Shown here: positions 1-9,629 of the stretch, piece by piece
How positions within the stretch are numbered: position 1 is the first letter of the stretch
Layout of the letters: the number at the start of each line of letters is the position of its first letter
NCBI GenBank assembly: GCA_963422615.1
Contig: OY730414.1
Span: forward strand, 2,402,302 to 2,466,301
Length of the DNA: 64,000 bases
Direction: 5' to 3'
Source: Longimicrobiales bacterium
GTDB taxonomy: Bacteria > Gemmatimonadota > Gemmatimonadetes > Longimicrobiales > Gaopeijiaceae
Notes under the pieces: model-generated
Seen by the model: only the letters and a program-made list of their open reading frames with translations
Databases searched by the model: none
Told to the model about the DNA's origin: nothing
Made by a program: the position numbers and the translations under genes

Positions 1-416
1 GGATCATGGAACTCGTTCGGCCCCGGTCCCGAACGCCCGAACGCACCAAGAAACTCTCCTTGAAAGTCGAATATCCGCACCTGACGATTCCGTCTGTCAA
101 GCACATATACATTTCCGTCTTTATCCAACTTGACATCAGAAATCAACCCAAAAACTTGCGGGTCTTCGCCACCGGAACTGCCAAGCCGGCCAATCTGCAC
201 CACCGGTTGTGCCTCAAGCAAGGCACCCCGGACCTGTACCCAATCGGACAAAGCGCTCGGAGTCAGTCCCTCCGGAATCGAATCTTTCCGGACGCTGAAG
301 CCACTCCGGGATGGTGTGTTTTCGTGCGTTGGATGGACGATCTCATTCCGCTGTTGCTCGCAGGATCCGAGAACTCCGCAAGCGATTACCGTGGCAACGA
401 TCCGCTGGGCACCCAC
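1..416 (-). CDS. NHL-repeat / 6-bladed beta-propeller lipoprotein (partial, runs off the window start)
   Basis: Not in the ORF track; translated by hand from GTG 416 with upstream GGAGGG: MGAQRIVATVIACGVLGSC (lipobox) ... FGLISDVKLDKDGNVYVLDRRNRQVRIFDFQGEFLGAFGRSGPGPNEF, a typical NHL blade with the G-x-GP-x-EF motif. Confidence 0.85.
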   Translation of the reverse strand, partial: MGAQRIVATVIACGVLGSCEQQRNEIVHPTHENTPSRSGFSVRKDSIPEGLTPSALSDWVQVRGALLEAQPVVQIGRLGSSGGEDPQVFGLISDVKLDKDGNVYVLDRRNRQVRIFDFQGEFLGAFGRSGPGPNEFHD

Positions 417-544
417 TTCCTAACCCTCCATGAACGGGTTTCGCCTCCCGGCCTCTCCGGGAACGGCGCCGACAGCACACACCCTGCCGTGCCAAGTATT
501 GAGGTCACGTCTCATGACAGGGCTTGGCTAACAACAGCATGTGT

Positions 545-794
545 CTATTTGTGACCGCAGGCGCTAGTTGTGCAACCATCTTGGCCTGCCCTGCAGGCGG
601 TCAGTTCTCCGGGATTGTCCTCGCAGCGTTCCCAGAAAATCAGGAAGCTATCGCACTCGTTTGATTCGCAGTCATGGGCTACCGTCGGGGCAGGAGCGAC
701 CAAAGACGGATGCGGCCGATCCGACCAGCCCGCCTATCGCCACCGGGACGAGGAACCCCAAGAGGATCCCTCGCACGCGTCGTTTGATTGTCAT
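545..794 (-). pseudogene. Small secreted cysteine-rich peptide (82 aa if restored), interrupted by a +1 frameshift (real lesion or sequencing error)
   Basis: AAGGAG RBS and ATG 794 give signal peptide MTIKRRVRGILLGFLVPVAIGGLVGSAASV, with a premature TGA at 672-674. Removing one base from the A3 run at 702-704 continues LVAPAPTVA-HDCESNECDSFLIFWERCEDNPGELTACRAGQDGCTTSACGHK to TAG at 545-547. Confidence 0.7.
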
Positions 795-1038
795 CGGCTA
801 TCTCCTTAAGAGAAAGTATTGGAAAATGGGGAAGTTCAAGCGCCGCACTTTAATGCGGCTGATGTAGAGACGCTCCCTCTGTGCTCCGGCGATGGGTCAG
901 AATCGGACAGAACGTCCAAGACAGCGCTTACCAGGGCCGAATCAACTTTGGCATCGGAGGGATGCGCTCAAGAGATTACGAGGAGGCAGGGGACGTGGCA
1001 GACTCGTTCCGGCGGGACATGGTGTCAGGATTAAACCG

Positions 1039-1845
1039 TCATGACGCGGAGGTAGAGGCCGGACTTGTGATTTTCCCGAGGATGACGGACGCCACGTAGT
1101 CCGGCCCACCCCGCCGAACGATCACGGAAGGGGGCTGACCCAGTTCACGCCGAACCGAACGCCGATAGTTGGCGTAGTCGGAAAAGCCGAGTGCCAGGGC
1201 GACGGCGCCCGACGGTCGGCCGCTCCACTTGGCCAGCCTTTCCACGTGGAAGATCCGTGCGAGTGAGATGAGCCTCTTGGGCGGCGGCACTTCGCTGGCC
1301 ACACACCGCCTTCTCAAGGTCCGAACGCTGATGCCGAGACTTCGGGCTAGCTGATCAACCGAACACGGGGTGACGGTTTCGCGGAAAACGAACTCCAGAA
1401 GCGTGTTTGTGGAGACAGGAGTAGCGCGTTTCAGGCACTCCACCAGAGCGCGAACTTCCCTGTTGCCCGTGCCGCGGAGCGCGGCGGATCCGACCGCACT
1501 CAGACGGTCGTTGGCACCGGGATCCAGGCGCTCCACGAAGACGACATCCGTTTCCGCAAGTTGCCAAAGTTGGGCCGTGTTCAAGTCCGCATAGCAGATG
1601 ACAGAGCACTGGGGACACTCACGGCGAAACGAAAGGAAGGCCCCCAGAGAGGTGCCGCCGGAAGGGAAAAAGGGATCCACGAAGGTCGGCGAACAGGGGA
1701 ACCGCCCGACCAGCGTCCGGAGGTCCCGCCAAGCCGACGCAAAGCGAACGGGGCCAAGAAGCTCGTGAGCGCCACCTACACGTACCCCTGCCCGGATCCG
1801 GTCCCGAATTCTCGGACTGCCTTCGAGCGCGAGCACAGCAATCAT
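1039..1845 (-). CDS. AraC-family transcriptional regulator
   Basis: C-terminal double HTH (SVDQLARSLGISVRTLRRR ... VALALGFSDYANYRR..GQPPS); N-terminus resembles a degenerate receiver-like domain. Confidence 0.85.
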   Translation of the reverse strand: MIAVLALEGSPRIRDRIRAGVRVGGAHELLGPVRFASAWRDLRTLVGRFPCSPTFVDPFFPSGGTSLGAFLSFRRECPQCSVICYADLNTAQLWQLAETDVVFVERLDPGANDRLSAVGSAALRGTGNREVRALVECLKRATPVSTNTLLEFVFRETVTPCSVDQLARSLGISVRTLRRRCVASEVPPPKRLISLARIFHVERLAKWSGRPSGAVALALGFSDYANYRRSVRRELGQPPSVIVRRGGPDYVASVILGKITSPASTSAS

Positions 1846-1854
1846 CGAACGGCT

Positions 1855-2421
1855 TCAGTCGGTGTCCACCATCAGTTCCATCACTTCGTCCATTTTTCCG
1901 AGCTTGCGGCACGCTCGGTGAATCAGGGAGCGGACGGCCGTGTCCGTCACCCCCATCGTACGTGCGATCTCCCGCGTCGTCCGCTGCTCCATGTACATAC
2001 CAATGATCGCAGTACGTTCCCGTTGTCCGATCCTGCCGATGGCGGAGTTGAGCACTTCCCTGCGACGGTGCTCTTCCAAATCGTCTGCGGGATCGGGAGC
2101 CTGATCCCGGATTTCCTTAACGTCGTCCAGCCTCACCATCCGCTTCGGCCTTTTCCTTCGCGACGCCGTGTTGCAGACGTTTCTGCTGACCGCTACGGCC
2201 CATCCCACGAAGGAACCGTTGCCGCTGAATTTCTTCCGCCGAAGCCAAATCCGAATCCAGCACTCCTGGAGAAGGTCGTCGGCGTGGTCGTCGTCCCGGG
2301 CGAAGCCGCGAACGAACCTCCGGAGGTGTGGTGACACGGTTTGAAACAGCTCCCGGAACAGCGCCGTATCACCGGCCCAGAAACGCGAAAGGTGGATTCC
2401 ACCATCAGAGCTGTGGGCCAT
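1855..2421 (-). CDS. ECF (sigma-70 group IV) RNA polymerase sigma factor
   Basis: Region 2 (ADDLLQECWIRIW, SFVGWAVAVSRN) and region 4 (TREIARTMGVTDTAVRSLIHRA); start placed at ATG 2421 after GGAG. Confidence 0.9.
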   Translation of the reverse strand: MAHSSDGGIHLSRFWAGDTALFRELFQTVSPHLRRFVRGFARDDDHADDLLQECWIRIWLRRKKFSGNGSFVGWAVAVSRNVCNTASRRKRPKRMVRLDDVKEIRDQAPDPADDLEEHRRREVLNSAIGRIGQRERTAIIGMYMEQRTTREIARTMGVTDTAVRSLIHRACRKLGKMDEVMELMVDTD

Positions 2422-2452
2422 GTTCCCATCTCCACGATGGGCCAAGATGGGC

Positions 2453-4978
2453 TTAAGAATCCTGTCCTCCGATGGGGTCCCCCGGCGGAAGCTGTAGCGA
2501 CGGCCCCGGAACCGTGTTTTCGATCCTGTTCTGCCAGCGGCGAATGTCGGCAGCCACGAGGCGCCGGTGAGGCGACGGCTCGGTCAGGCCCTCCAGACGG
2601 CCAGCCAGCCGGTCCAAGCGGTCCGAAAGGACGGCGCGGGCCTCCGGGAGGGTGGCCGCGCTCCCTGCGTGCTGCATCATTCGGTCCACAACCGCCCGCT
2701 GGATCGCGTGAAGGACCTGCTGCCCGTACTCCCCGGAAGCGTCCGGGGCGCTCCAGGTGACCTCCATCAGGCGATCCGTCACTTCTTCCAGGTCGGGATA
2801 GTCACCCATACTGCCGTATACAACCAGTCGCGCCATGCGCCGGGGGTGCAGAATCTCTCCCACCGTAAAGACCGCAGCGGCCTCTGCCGCCCCGATGGGA
2901 TCAAAGAGAAGCCCCGTGTGCCTCCGAAACGCTTCTCCCTGCTGGTGCCGGTAGGCGGGCGGAGGGATCATGGCGATCACTTCTTCGGGGAGGGCAAGGA
3001 AGTCCGCAGAAAGGGTCGACAGGATGGTCTCCAGCGCGTCCCGCTGCTCCTCCCCCGGAACGATGGTGACCGGCGTCTGGCCGTCTCCCTTCAAGGCGTA
3101 GGCGTAGTCCGCACCGCCCAGGCTCTGGGCCGCGGCGCGCAACTGAAAGCGGTGGTGCATGTACAGGGGCAGCAGAACGAACTCGAGGTCCGAAAGGGGC
3201 CTGCCCGCGCGAATCAGGTCTTCCCCGAAACTCCCGAGCCCGATGTTCCGCACCCGGATCTCGTGCTTGAGGTGGTCGACCAGGTTGGCGCCGTTGTCCC
3301 AAACGCCGGCGTACGGGTGCCCGGCACCGATGAAGTTGTTGTTGTTGTGGGCCATGAAGAGCAGGCCATCCCGGATCCCCTGCTCTACGATCTGCTCTAG
3401 GGCGCTGGATTCGTCGGTCCCCTGGGGGAACTCCCGATACAGCCAGTTCACGGAGAGCTTGTCGTATTCGCCGATCCGCTGAACGTAGGCGTTGGACAGA
3501 TCCAGCGTCCCGTCGGCGGCGATTTCCACGAACGGGGCGGGATAGTCCATAACGCTCTCCCGTCCGTACGTGCTGGCTAGGTAGTTGTGGGGGAAGCCCA
3601 GGGTGTGCCCGACCTCGTGAGCGGAGAGCTGACGGACCCGGGCCAGGGCCATTTCGACGGCGTCGGAATTGTTCGAGACCTGGGCCAGGTATTCAAAGTC
3701 GGGAAGCTCCGCCAGGCACGCCCAGCCGTGGGATGCGTCACTCTCGTCGGTTGGAAACGGTGGGACCATGCCCTGGCCCAGAAGGTAGTCCTGGCGAAGG
3801 CGAAGACTGCCCAGGTTGACAACCCCGCGAATGATCTCTCCGGTCCTAGGATCGATGACCGAGTTCCCGTAGGAGTACCCGCGGGTCCGGCGATGCGTCC
3901 AATGGATCATGTTGTAGCGGATGTCCTGCGGGTCCACCCCGTCGGGGAGAACTTCGACGCGGTAGGCGTCGACGAATCCGGCCGCTTCGAAGGCGTCGGC
4001 CCACCACTGCGCGCCCTCGACCAGAGCACTCCGGACGGGCTCCGGCGTTCCCGGGTCCACGTAGTAGACGATGGGTTCCACGGGCTCTGACGGCTCGGGT
4101 CCCGGGTTGCGCTTCTCGAGGCGGTGGCGGGCCGCAAGGCGGAGTCGGAGGTCGTCGTCGATGGGTGCGGCGTAGTCGTAGAGGGTCGGACCGTTGACGC
4201 CGATCCTGGGATCCGCCACCCGGATGCGGTACCCCTCCTCGGGAAGCCGGATGAAGGAGTGGTGTTGCCGCAACGTCACCGCCTCGGGGTTGACGGCAAC
4301 GCCCCTCACCAACCCGCCCGGATTCCTGCTCGTGAAGGTGAGCAGAGCCTCCACTTCCGTGTTTTCGGGGAAGGATCGGGTTGCCGGCAGGTGGAGGGCG
4401 GATCTGGAACGGTCCATCTGGAACGTCCCCTGGTTCCGCTGGGCCATCTGGCCGATCACGTTCCGGGCATCGCGGACGAAGAACGGGGTCGCATCGACCA
4501 GAACCCGCCCGTCCGTCTGGGCAACGATGTCGAACCCCCAGTAGACCGACGGTGCGAAGGCGTCCCGAACGGCCTGCACCTCCGAGGGGTTGTCGCTCCT
4601 GGCCTGGAACTGGTAGTTGGGCTCCATGAGAAGGATCCGGGGCCCCACCCGCCGAGGTTCGAGGACGTGGGTGCCGCGAAGCTGTCCCCGGTCAATCCCC
4701 ACAGGATTGGACCCCAGCCCCGAGCCCATCGACACCTGGTAGAGGAACTCCCCGCCGGACGGGTCCAGCTCCCAGTAGAGGACCCCTCTCCCCTCGTCCC
4801 AATAGAGGTTGAAGAAGCCCTCCATCACCGTTGTACCGCGGGTCTTCTCCTCAATGCCCGGCAGGGGATCCTGATCCTGGGCGGCCAACGGAAACGGGAG
4901 CGTCCAGGGGACGACTGCCGCGACGACTGCCAGGGCTGCGACTGGGAAGAATCTTGCGGAGATGCTCGGAAGAGACAT
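2453..4978 (-). CDS. Secreted zinc-dependent metalloprotease (DUF5117/DUF4953, metzincin-like)
   Basis: Signal peptide; HEVGHTLGFPH zinc motif; SVMDY Met-turn; DPRTGEII and PIVYYVD motifs. Confidence 0.9.
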   Translation of the reverse strand: MSLPSISARFFPVAALAVVAAVVPWTLPFPLAAQDQDPLPGIEEKTRGTTVMEGFFNLYWDEGRGVLYWELDPSGGEFLYQVSMGSGLGSNPVGIDRGQLRGTHVLEPRRVGPRILLMEPNYQFQARSDNPSEVQAVRDAFAPSVYWGFDIVAQTDGRVLVDATPFFVRDARNVIGQMAQRNQGTFQMDRSRSALHLPATRSFPENTEVEALLTFTSRNPGGLVRGVAVNPEAVTLRQHHSFIRLPEEGYRIRVADPRIGVNGPTLYDYAAPIDDDLRLRLAARHRLEKRNPGPEPSEPVEPIVYYVDPGTPEPVRSALVEGAQWWADAFEAAGFVDAYRVEVLPDGVDPQDIRYNMIHWTHRRTRGYSYGNSVIDPRTGEIIRGVVNLGSLRLRQDYLLGQGMVPPFPTDESDASHGWACLAELPDFEYLAQVSNNSDAVEMALARVRQLSAHEVGHTLGFPHNYLASTYGRESVMDYPAPFVEIAADGTLDLSNAYVQRIGEYDKLSVNWLYREFPQGTDESSALEQIVEQGIRDGLLFMAHNNNNFIGAGHPYAGVWDNGANLVDHLKHEIRVRNIGLGSFGEDLIRAGRPLSDLEFVLLPLYMHHRFQLRAAAQSLGGADYAYALKGDGQTPVTIVPGEEQRDALETILSTLSADFLALPEEVIAMIPPPAYRHQQGEAFRRHTGLLFDPIGAAEAAAVFTVGEILHPRRMARLVVYGSMGDYPDLEEVTDRLMEVTWSAPDASGEYGQQVLHAIQRAVVDRMMQHAGSAATLPEARAVLSDRLDRLAGRLEGLTEPSPHRRLVAADIRRWQNRIENTVPGPSLQLPPGDPIGGQDS

Positions 4979-5217
4979 GTGACGGACCTCTCTGATCCAT
5001 TGTTAAGGGGTTTCCAGACGTCGCCACCGGGAGCCCGACAGGGCAGCGGGACCGGGGCAGATGGCCAGATGGGATATTCTCGGAGCCGGCACCCCGGCGC
5101 AAGAAGCCGAACGGGGACGTCCTCGGGGTCGGAGACTCCGGGGCCTGGCGGATGATTCCAGGCGGTAAGGTGCGGATTATGAATGCGCGACGCCGGCGCG
5201 GGCGCGGGCGCTTCCCG

Positions 5218-6984
5218 TCATTTCCGGGCAGCTTCCACGAGCTGCGGTGGGACCCGCCCTTTCGTGGCCTGTTCGAAGTCGTAGGCGTATGCCAGGAGTG
5301 CGGCATCGTCCCAGAGGTCCCCGATGAACGCCAGGACAAAGGGCGTCCCGTCGTCGTAATACGAAAAGGGGACGGTCACCACGGGAAGCCCGATGTCGTT
5401 GATGATGTTGCTCGGCAACTCGGCGTGGTTGTTGGGCCTGTATTCGGGCCGCTCCGGGTCCTCCACCAGGGGGCGGATGGGTTCTCCGGCCTGGGGGAAG
5501 AACAAGCCGTCCAGCCGATGGTCGGCCAGGACGGCCCGGAAAAGGGCTCGCATCTCTTTCCGCCAGGCTTGGAACGCGTCCCCCTCCTCGGTGGCGGTCG
5601 GCGCAGCCGGAGGCCGACCCACCCGCCCACCCCGCAGCTCCCGCCCCGAGAGGGCTTCCCACGCTTCGACGGTGCGGAACGCCGCTCCTTCCCCCAGACC
5701 CTGAAGGTAGACCACGAAGTCGTGGCTCCCCACGGAGGGCACGGAGGGGCGTTCCTCGTACAGCTCGGTCCAGCCCCGCCCCGAGAAGGGATCCGCCACC
5801 ACCCGGGCACCCTGGCCCTCCAGGGCACGAACGGCCTCCCGGTAGTGACGATCGGTCTCCGGCGCGAGGGGCAGATAGGACTCCCGCCAACCCGGACCCA
5901 CCAGCCCGAAGCGCTTCCCGCCCAGGGCCGCCGTGTCCAACCCGGCCGCGTAGCCGCTCTCGGGGATTCGGCCGGCGGCGGCGTAGGTGGCCAAGTCCTC
6001 GACCGCCGGCCCCGCGATCACATCCAGGGTCACCGCCGCGTCGCGGACGGTCTTCGCCAGGGGACCCACCACATCTCGGTAGGTGGCGTCGATGGGGACG
6101 ACGCCTTCGAGGGGCACCAGCCCGAAAGTCGGCTTCACCCCGACCAGGGCCTGGGCGGCCGCCGGGTTCTGGATCGAACCCCCCGTCTCGGTGCCCAAAC
6201 CCAGGACAGCGAAGCTGGCGTTGACGGCCGTCGCAGTCCCTCCGCTCGAGCCGCCCGGCACCCGGTCCACCGCATAGGGATTGAGGGTTTCCCCTGCCAC
6301 CGTGCTCCGGGTGCGGGTTCCGTGACCGGCGAAGTCGGGCATATTGGTCTTCCCCAGGATGATCGCCCCCGCCGCTTTCAGGCGCTCCACCACAGCAGCA
6401 TCGTCGCTGGGGATCATGTCGATCCCCCCGGCCGCAGAACTGAATCCGTCGAAGCCGGCCGTGGTGACCAGCCCCGCGTAGTCGAGGTTGTCCTTGATGA
6501 CGACAGGAACGCCGTGGAGCGGCCCCCGGGGGCCCGTGATTCGGGATTCCTCGTCAAGCGCCGCCGCCGTCGCCAAGGCGTCCGGATTCATGGAAATGAA
6601 GGCGTTGTAGTGGTCCTCGTAGCGCGCGATCCGGTCCAGGAAGGCTTGAACAAGCTGGACGGCCGTGTACTTGGCGGTGGCGTAGTCTTCCTGGATGCGG
6701 ACCGCCGTCAGCCCCACCACGTCAATAAAGGGCAATGTATCCGCCCCGGCGCGCCACACGATAGCTTCCCGAGCGCGCCCGGTCCGAGAGGGTTGGGAAA
6801 CCCTGGACGAATCGACCCTTGCGGAGCGCATCGCAGTATCCTGGAGCGGGACCCGCGCCGCCGCCGATCGGGTCGGGTAAACCGACGTGATCCCCAAAAC
6901 CGCCGCAAGAAGCCCGAACCTGGCCTCCCAGACAAGCCACCCCCGGTACCGCGCAGACCCTGCGTATCTTCGGAAACGAATCAT
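5218..6984 (-). CDS. Amidase-signature family protein (secreted)
   Basis: PLHGVPVVIKDN, GKTNMPDF, GGSSGG and GTETGGSI catalytic motifs; start position uncertain. Confidence 0.9.
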   Translation of the reverse strand: MIRFRRYAGSARYRGWLVWEARFGLLAAVLGITSVYPTRSAAARVPLQDTAMRSARVDSSRVSQPSRTGRAREAIVWRAGADTLPFIDVVGLTAVRIQEDYATAKYTAVQLVQAFLDRIARYEDHYNAFISMNPDALATAAALDEESRITGPRGPLHGVPVVIKDNLDYAGLVTTAGFDGFSSAAGGIDMIPSDDAAVVERLKAAGAIILGKTNMPDFAGHGTRTRSTVAGETLNPYAVDRVPGGSSGGTATAVNASFAVLGLGTETGGSIQNPAAAQALVGVKPTFGLVPLEGVVPIDATYRDVVGPLAKTVRDAAVTLDVIAGPAVEDLATYAAAGRIPESGYAAGLDTAALGGKRFGLVGPGWRESYLPLAPETDRHYREAVRALEGQGARVVADPFSGRGWTELYEERPSVPSVGSHDFVVYLQGLGEGAAFRTVEAWEALSGRELRGGRVGRPPAAPTATEEGDAFQAWRKEMRALFRAVLADHRLDGLFFPQAGEPIRPLVEDPERPEYRPNNHAELPSNIINDIGLPVVTVPFSYYDDGTPFVLAFIGDLWDDAALLAYAYDFEQATKGRVPPQLVEAARK

Positions 6985-7170
6985 TACGTATCCCTGCTCC
7001 TGGGCCCGCTCCACAGTGCCCCTGGGCCCGCCCGCTCCACAGGGCCAGGGGCAAACACTCTCTGGTTCGCGGTGGGAGAAAAGACGAGCCGCGCCGAACC
7101 TACGCCGCCAGCCGGACACCGACAAGCCTGGCCTCCCGGATTGACCCCGGGAGGGCTCTGCAATTACGAG

Positions 7171-7202
7171 TAGTAGTGCGGTAAACTAGTAGTGCGGTAA
7201 AC
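7171..7202. repeat. Perfect 16-bp tandem duplication TAGTAGTGCGGTAAAC x2
   Basis: Units at 7171-7186 and 7187-7202 in the divergent intergenic region; preceded by inverted repeat CCTCCCGG-N7-CCGGGAGG at 7132-7154. Confidence 0.9.
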
Positions 7203-7279
7203 GTTTAGTAGGCGCGACAACGCCCAAGGTCTTGTCGCCTTCCCCAAGGCTACCGCTCCCCATTACGGACCGGCACGAT

Positions 7280-7801
7280 ATGCGTGAGCGATTCCAGGCT
7301 GCCCTGCCATTTTCCAGCTATCTCGACACCGTGGTGGAGAACGAAGCGCTTTGGCGCGGCGTCTCCGAACGCGTGCGGCTCCCGGACGACCTGGTCGAGG
7401 AGGCCCGCGCCCTTCCGGGAACATGGCATCTCCTTGCCCTGAGCGAAGACTGGTGCGGGGACGCAGCCAACAGCCTCCCCGCCCTCGCACGGTTTACGGA
7501 CGCCCTTCCCGGAGCGGACTTCCGTGTTCTGTCCAGGGACGAGAACCCGGACCTCATGGACGCCCACCTCACCAACGGCGGGAGCCGTTCCATCCCGGTG
7601 GTCATGCTTCTGGACGAAGACTACGGGGAGCGGGGTTGGTGGGGTCCCCGACCCCACGCCCTCCAGCGGTGGGTGATGGAGGAGGGGTTGAAGATGGAAG
7701 CCGGGCCCCGCTATCGGGAAATCCGGAAGTTCTATGCCAGAGACAAGGGACGATCCACCCTGATTGAGATTCTGGAGCTGATGCGATCATCGGCCCTTTG
7801 A
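7280..7801 (+). CDS. Thioredoxin-like protein (Thioredoxin_9 type)
   Basis: SEDWCGDA motif, GSRSIP cis-Pro loop, WGPRP; start could be 7232 or 7280. Confidence 0.85.
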   Translation: MRERFQAALPFSSYLDTVVENEALWRGVSERVRLPDDLVEEARALPGTWHLLALSEDWCGDAANSLPALARFTDALPGADFRVLSRDENPDLMDAHLTNGGSRSIPVVMLLDEDYGERGWWGPRPHALQRWVMEEGLKMEAGPRYREIRKFYARDKGRSTLIEILELMRSSAL

Positions 7802-7826
7802 CCCATCCCACAACCGGTAGCGACAG

Positions 7827-9335
7827 ATGACAAAGAAGATCCGACGGACTCTTTCTGCCACCTTCCCGGCTCCCGCAGGCCTGGACGTACCGGCGCCTCC
7901 TCCCGGCGCCCAGCCAGCGCCTCTTGTCCGGACAACACCGGCCCCTGTAAATCGGGCAATTCCCGCATCCCTTGGACGGGTGATCCTGCCGCTTCTGTTC
8001 GGGGCCGTGGCGACGTCCGCGGGTGTCGTAGAGGCGCAAACCCGCGATTACCAGCCCGACCGTCCCTTCGGCACCTTACGGGAACAGGCCCGCGTACAGC
8101 AGGCCTGGTTGGAGGAACGCCTCGAAAAGAATCTCCCCATGCTGATGCGCAAACACGGTGTGGACATGTGGGTCGTTGCAATGCGGGAGTACAACGAAGA
8201 CCCCGTGTTCCGGGCCCTCGTGTCCCCCACAACCTTCGCTGCCAGGCGCCGGACGATTTATATCTTTCACGACCGGGGTCCCGACGGAGGAGTGGAACGG
8301 CTCGCTTTGGGGGGGACTTCCCAGGGCGGCGTGTACAACGCCGTGCGGGCCACTGCAGAAGCCCCCGACGGCCGGGCGGCGGAGCTCTGGGGCAAGGACC
8401 AATGGGACCTCTTGGCCCGCATGGTTCGGGAGCGGGACCCGGAGCGGATCGCGGTGAATATATCCCACGAGCACAACTTCGCCGACGGACTCGCGGCTGG
8501 AGAGTGGGAGCAGATGGAGGAAGCCTTCGGGCCGGAGCTGGCAGGCAGGGTGGTGCGGGTGCCGTTGCTGGCCATCGAATACTTGGCGATGCGCGTACCG
8601 GGCATGACCCCCGTCTACCGCCGAATGCAGGCCATCGTCCACGAGATTATCGGAACGGCGTTCTCCGAGGTCGTGATTGTCCCTGGCCGGACCACCACCG
8701 CCGACGTCGTCTGGTGGATGCGGCAGCGGGTGCACGACCTGGGGATGGGGTCCTGGTTCCAGCCCTCCGTCTCGGTTCAGCGCAGGGGGGTTGCGATGGC
8801 CGACTCCGTGGCCCCGGTCATCCTTCGGGGTGATGTGCTCCACTGCGACTTCGGGATCTTTGCCCTGGGAATGGCAACCGACACCCAGCACATGGCCTAC
8901 GTTCTGCGGGACGGGGAGGCCGAGGCGCCCGAGGGCCTTCGTAAGGCATTGGCAAACTCGAACCGACTCCAGGACATCCTTTTCGAAGAGACCCGGGTCG
9001 GCCGAACGGGAAACGAGATCCTGGCGTCCGTGCTGGAAAAGATGAGGGCGGAAGGACTGAACGGGACGATGTATACCCACCCCATCGGGGATCACGGTCA
9101 CGGTGCCGGGCCCCTCATCGGGTTATGGGACTACCAGACCGGCGTCCCTGGGCGGGGCGACCCCTACGTGATTCCGGGCATGTGGTTCTCAAGCGAACTG
9201 CAGGTGACCACGGCCGTTCCCGAGTGGGACGGCCAGCCCGTGCGGATGGCCCAGGAGGAAGAGGCCGAAGTCACCCTGGAAGGAGAGATGCGATGGGTCC
9301 TGCGACGCCAGACCGAACTTCACCTGGTGCGATAG
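7827..9335 (+). CDS. M24 family metallopeptidase (Xaa-Pro aminopeptidase-like), secreted
   Basis: GDVLHCDFG, TDTQH, HPIGDHGHG and E ligands of the pita-bread fold. Confidence 0.85.
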   Translation: MTKKIRRTLSATFPAPAGLDVPAPPPGAQPAPLVRTTPAPVNRAIPASLGRVILPLLFGAVATSAGVVEAQTRDYQPDRPFGTLREQARVQQAWLEERLEKNLPMLMRKHGVDMWVVAMREYNEDPVFRALVSPTTFAARRRTIYIFHDRGPDGGVERLALGGTSQGGVYNAVRATAEAPDGRAAELWGKDQWDLLARMVRERDPERIAVNISHEHNFADGLAAGEWEQMEEAFGPELAGRVVRVPLLAIEYLAMRVPGMTPVYRRMQAIVHEIIGTAFSEVVIVPGRTTTADVVWWMRQRVHDLGMGSWFQPSVSVQRRGVAMADSVAPVILRGDVLHCDFGIFALGMATDTQHMAYVLRDGEAEAPEGLRKALANSNRLQDILFEETRVGRTGNEILASVLEKMRAEGLNGTMYTHPIGDHGHGAGPLIGLWDYQTGVPGRGDPYVIPGMWFSSELQVTTAVPEWDGQPVRMAQEEEAEVTLEGEMRWVLRRQTELHLVR

Positions 9336-9629
9336 CGGAAGGTACGTATCGGACTCCGGGTAGGCGACGGATGGCCTCCCCGCCCAAGTACATGCGTGCG
9401 GGTGGGTGTGACTGCGCGGGAGCCCGCGCCTCGGGGAGCCCCCCGGGGTCAGAACGGGGGCCCCGGGTCTGCGGAAGCATGGTGAGCCCGCAGGGACGCA
9501 ACTTATTAAGACGTCAAGGTGCGCGGGAGACCTGGGCGTACTACTGTGTTCCCGTAGCTTGTGTGTCTTGAGTGCTTGGGGGAGGAAACCGAAGGAGTCT
9601 CCGTTGAAGTTCATGTGGAGGGAACGCCG

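Noticed and set aside
6..1099. Plus-strand ORFs listed at the window start
   Set aside because: The minus strand carries the RBS-supported propeller and peptide genes; the plus-strand translations are featureless.
5152..7173. Long ORFs opposite real genes (e.g. 5152-7173 +, 23471-25075 +, 43317-44546 +, 62431-63909 -)
   Set aside because: Antisense shadows of motif-bearing genes, expected at high GC; no recognisable motifs.
7171..7202. Tandem 16-mer as a mini CRISPR array
   Set aside because: Units are directly adjacent with no spacer and are too short.
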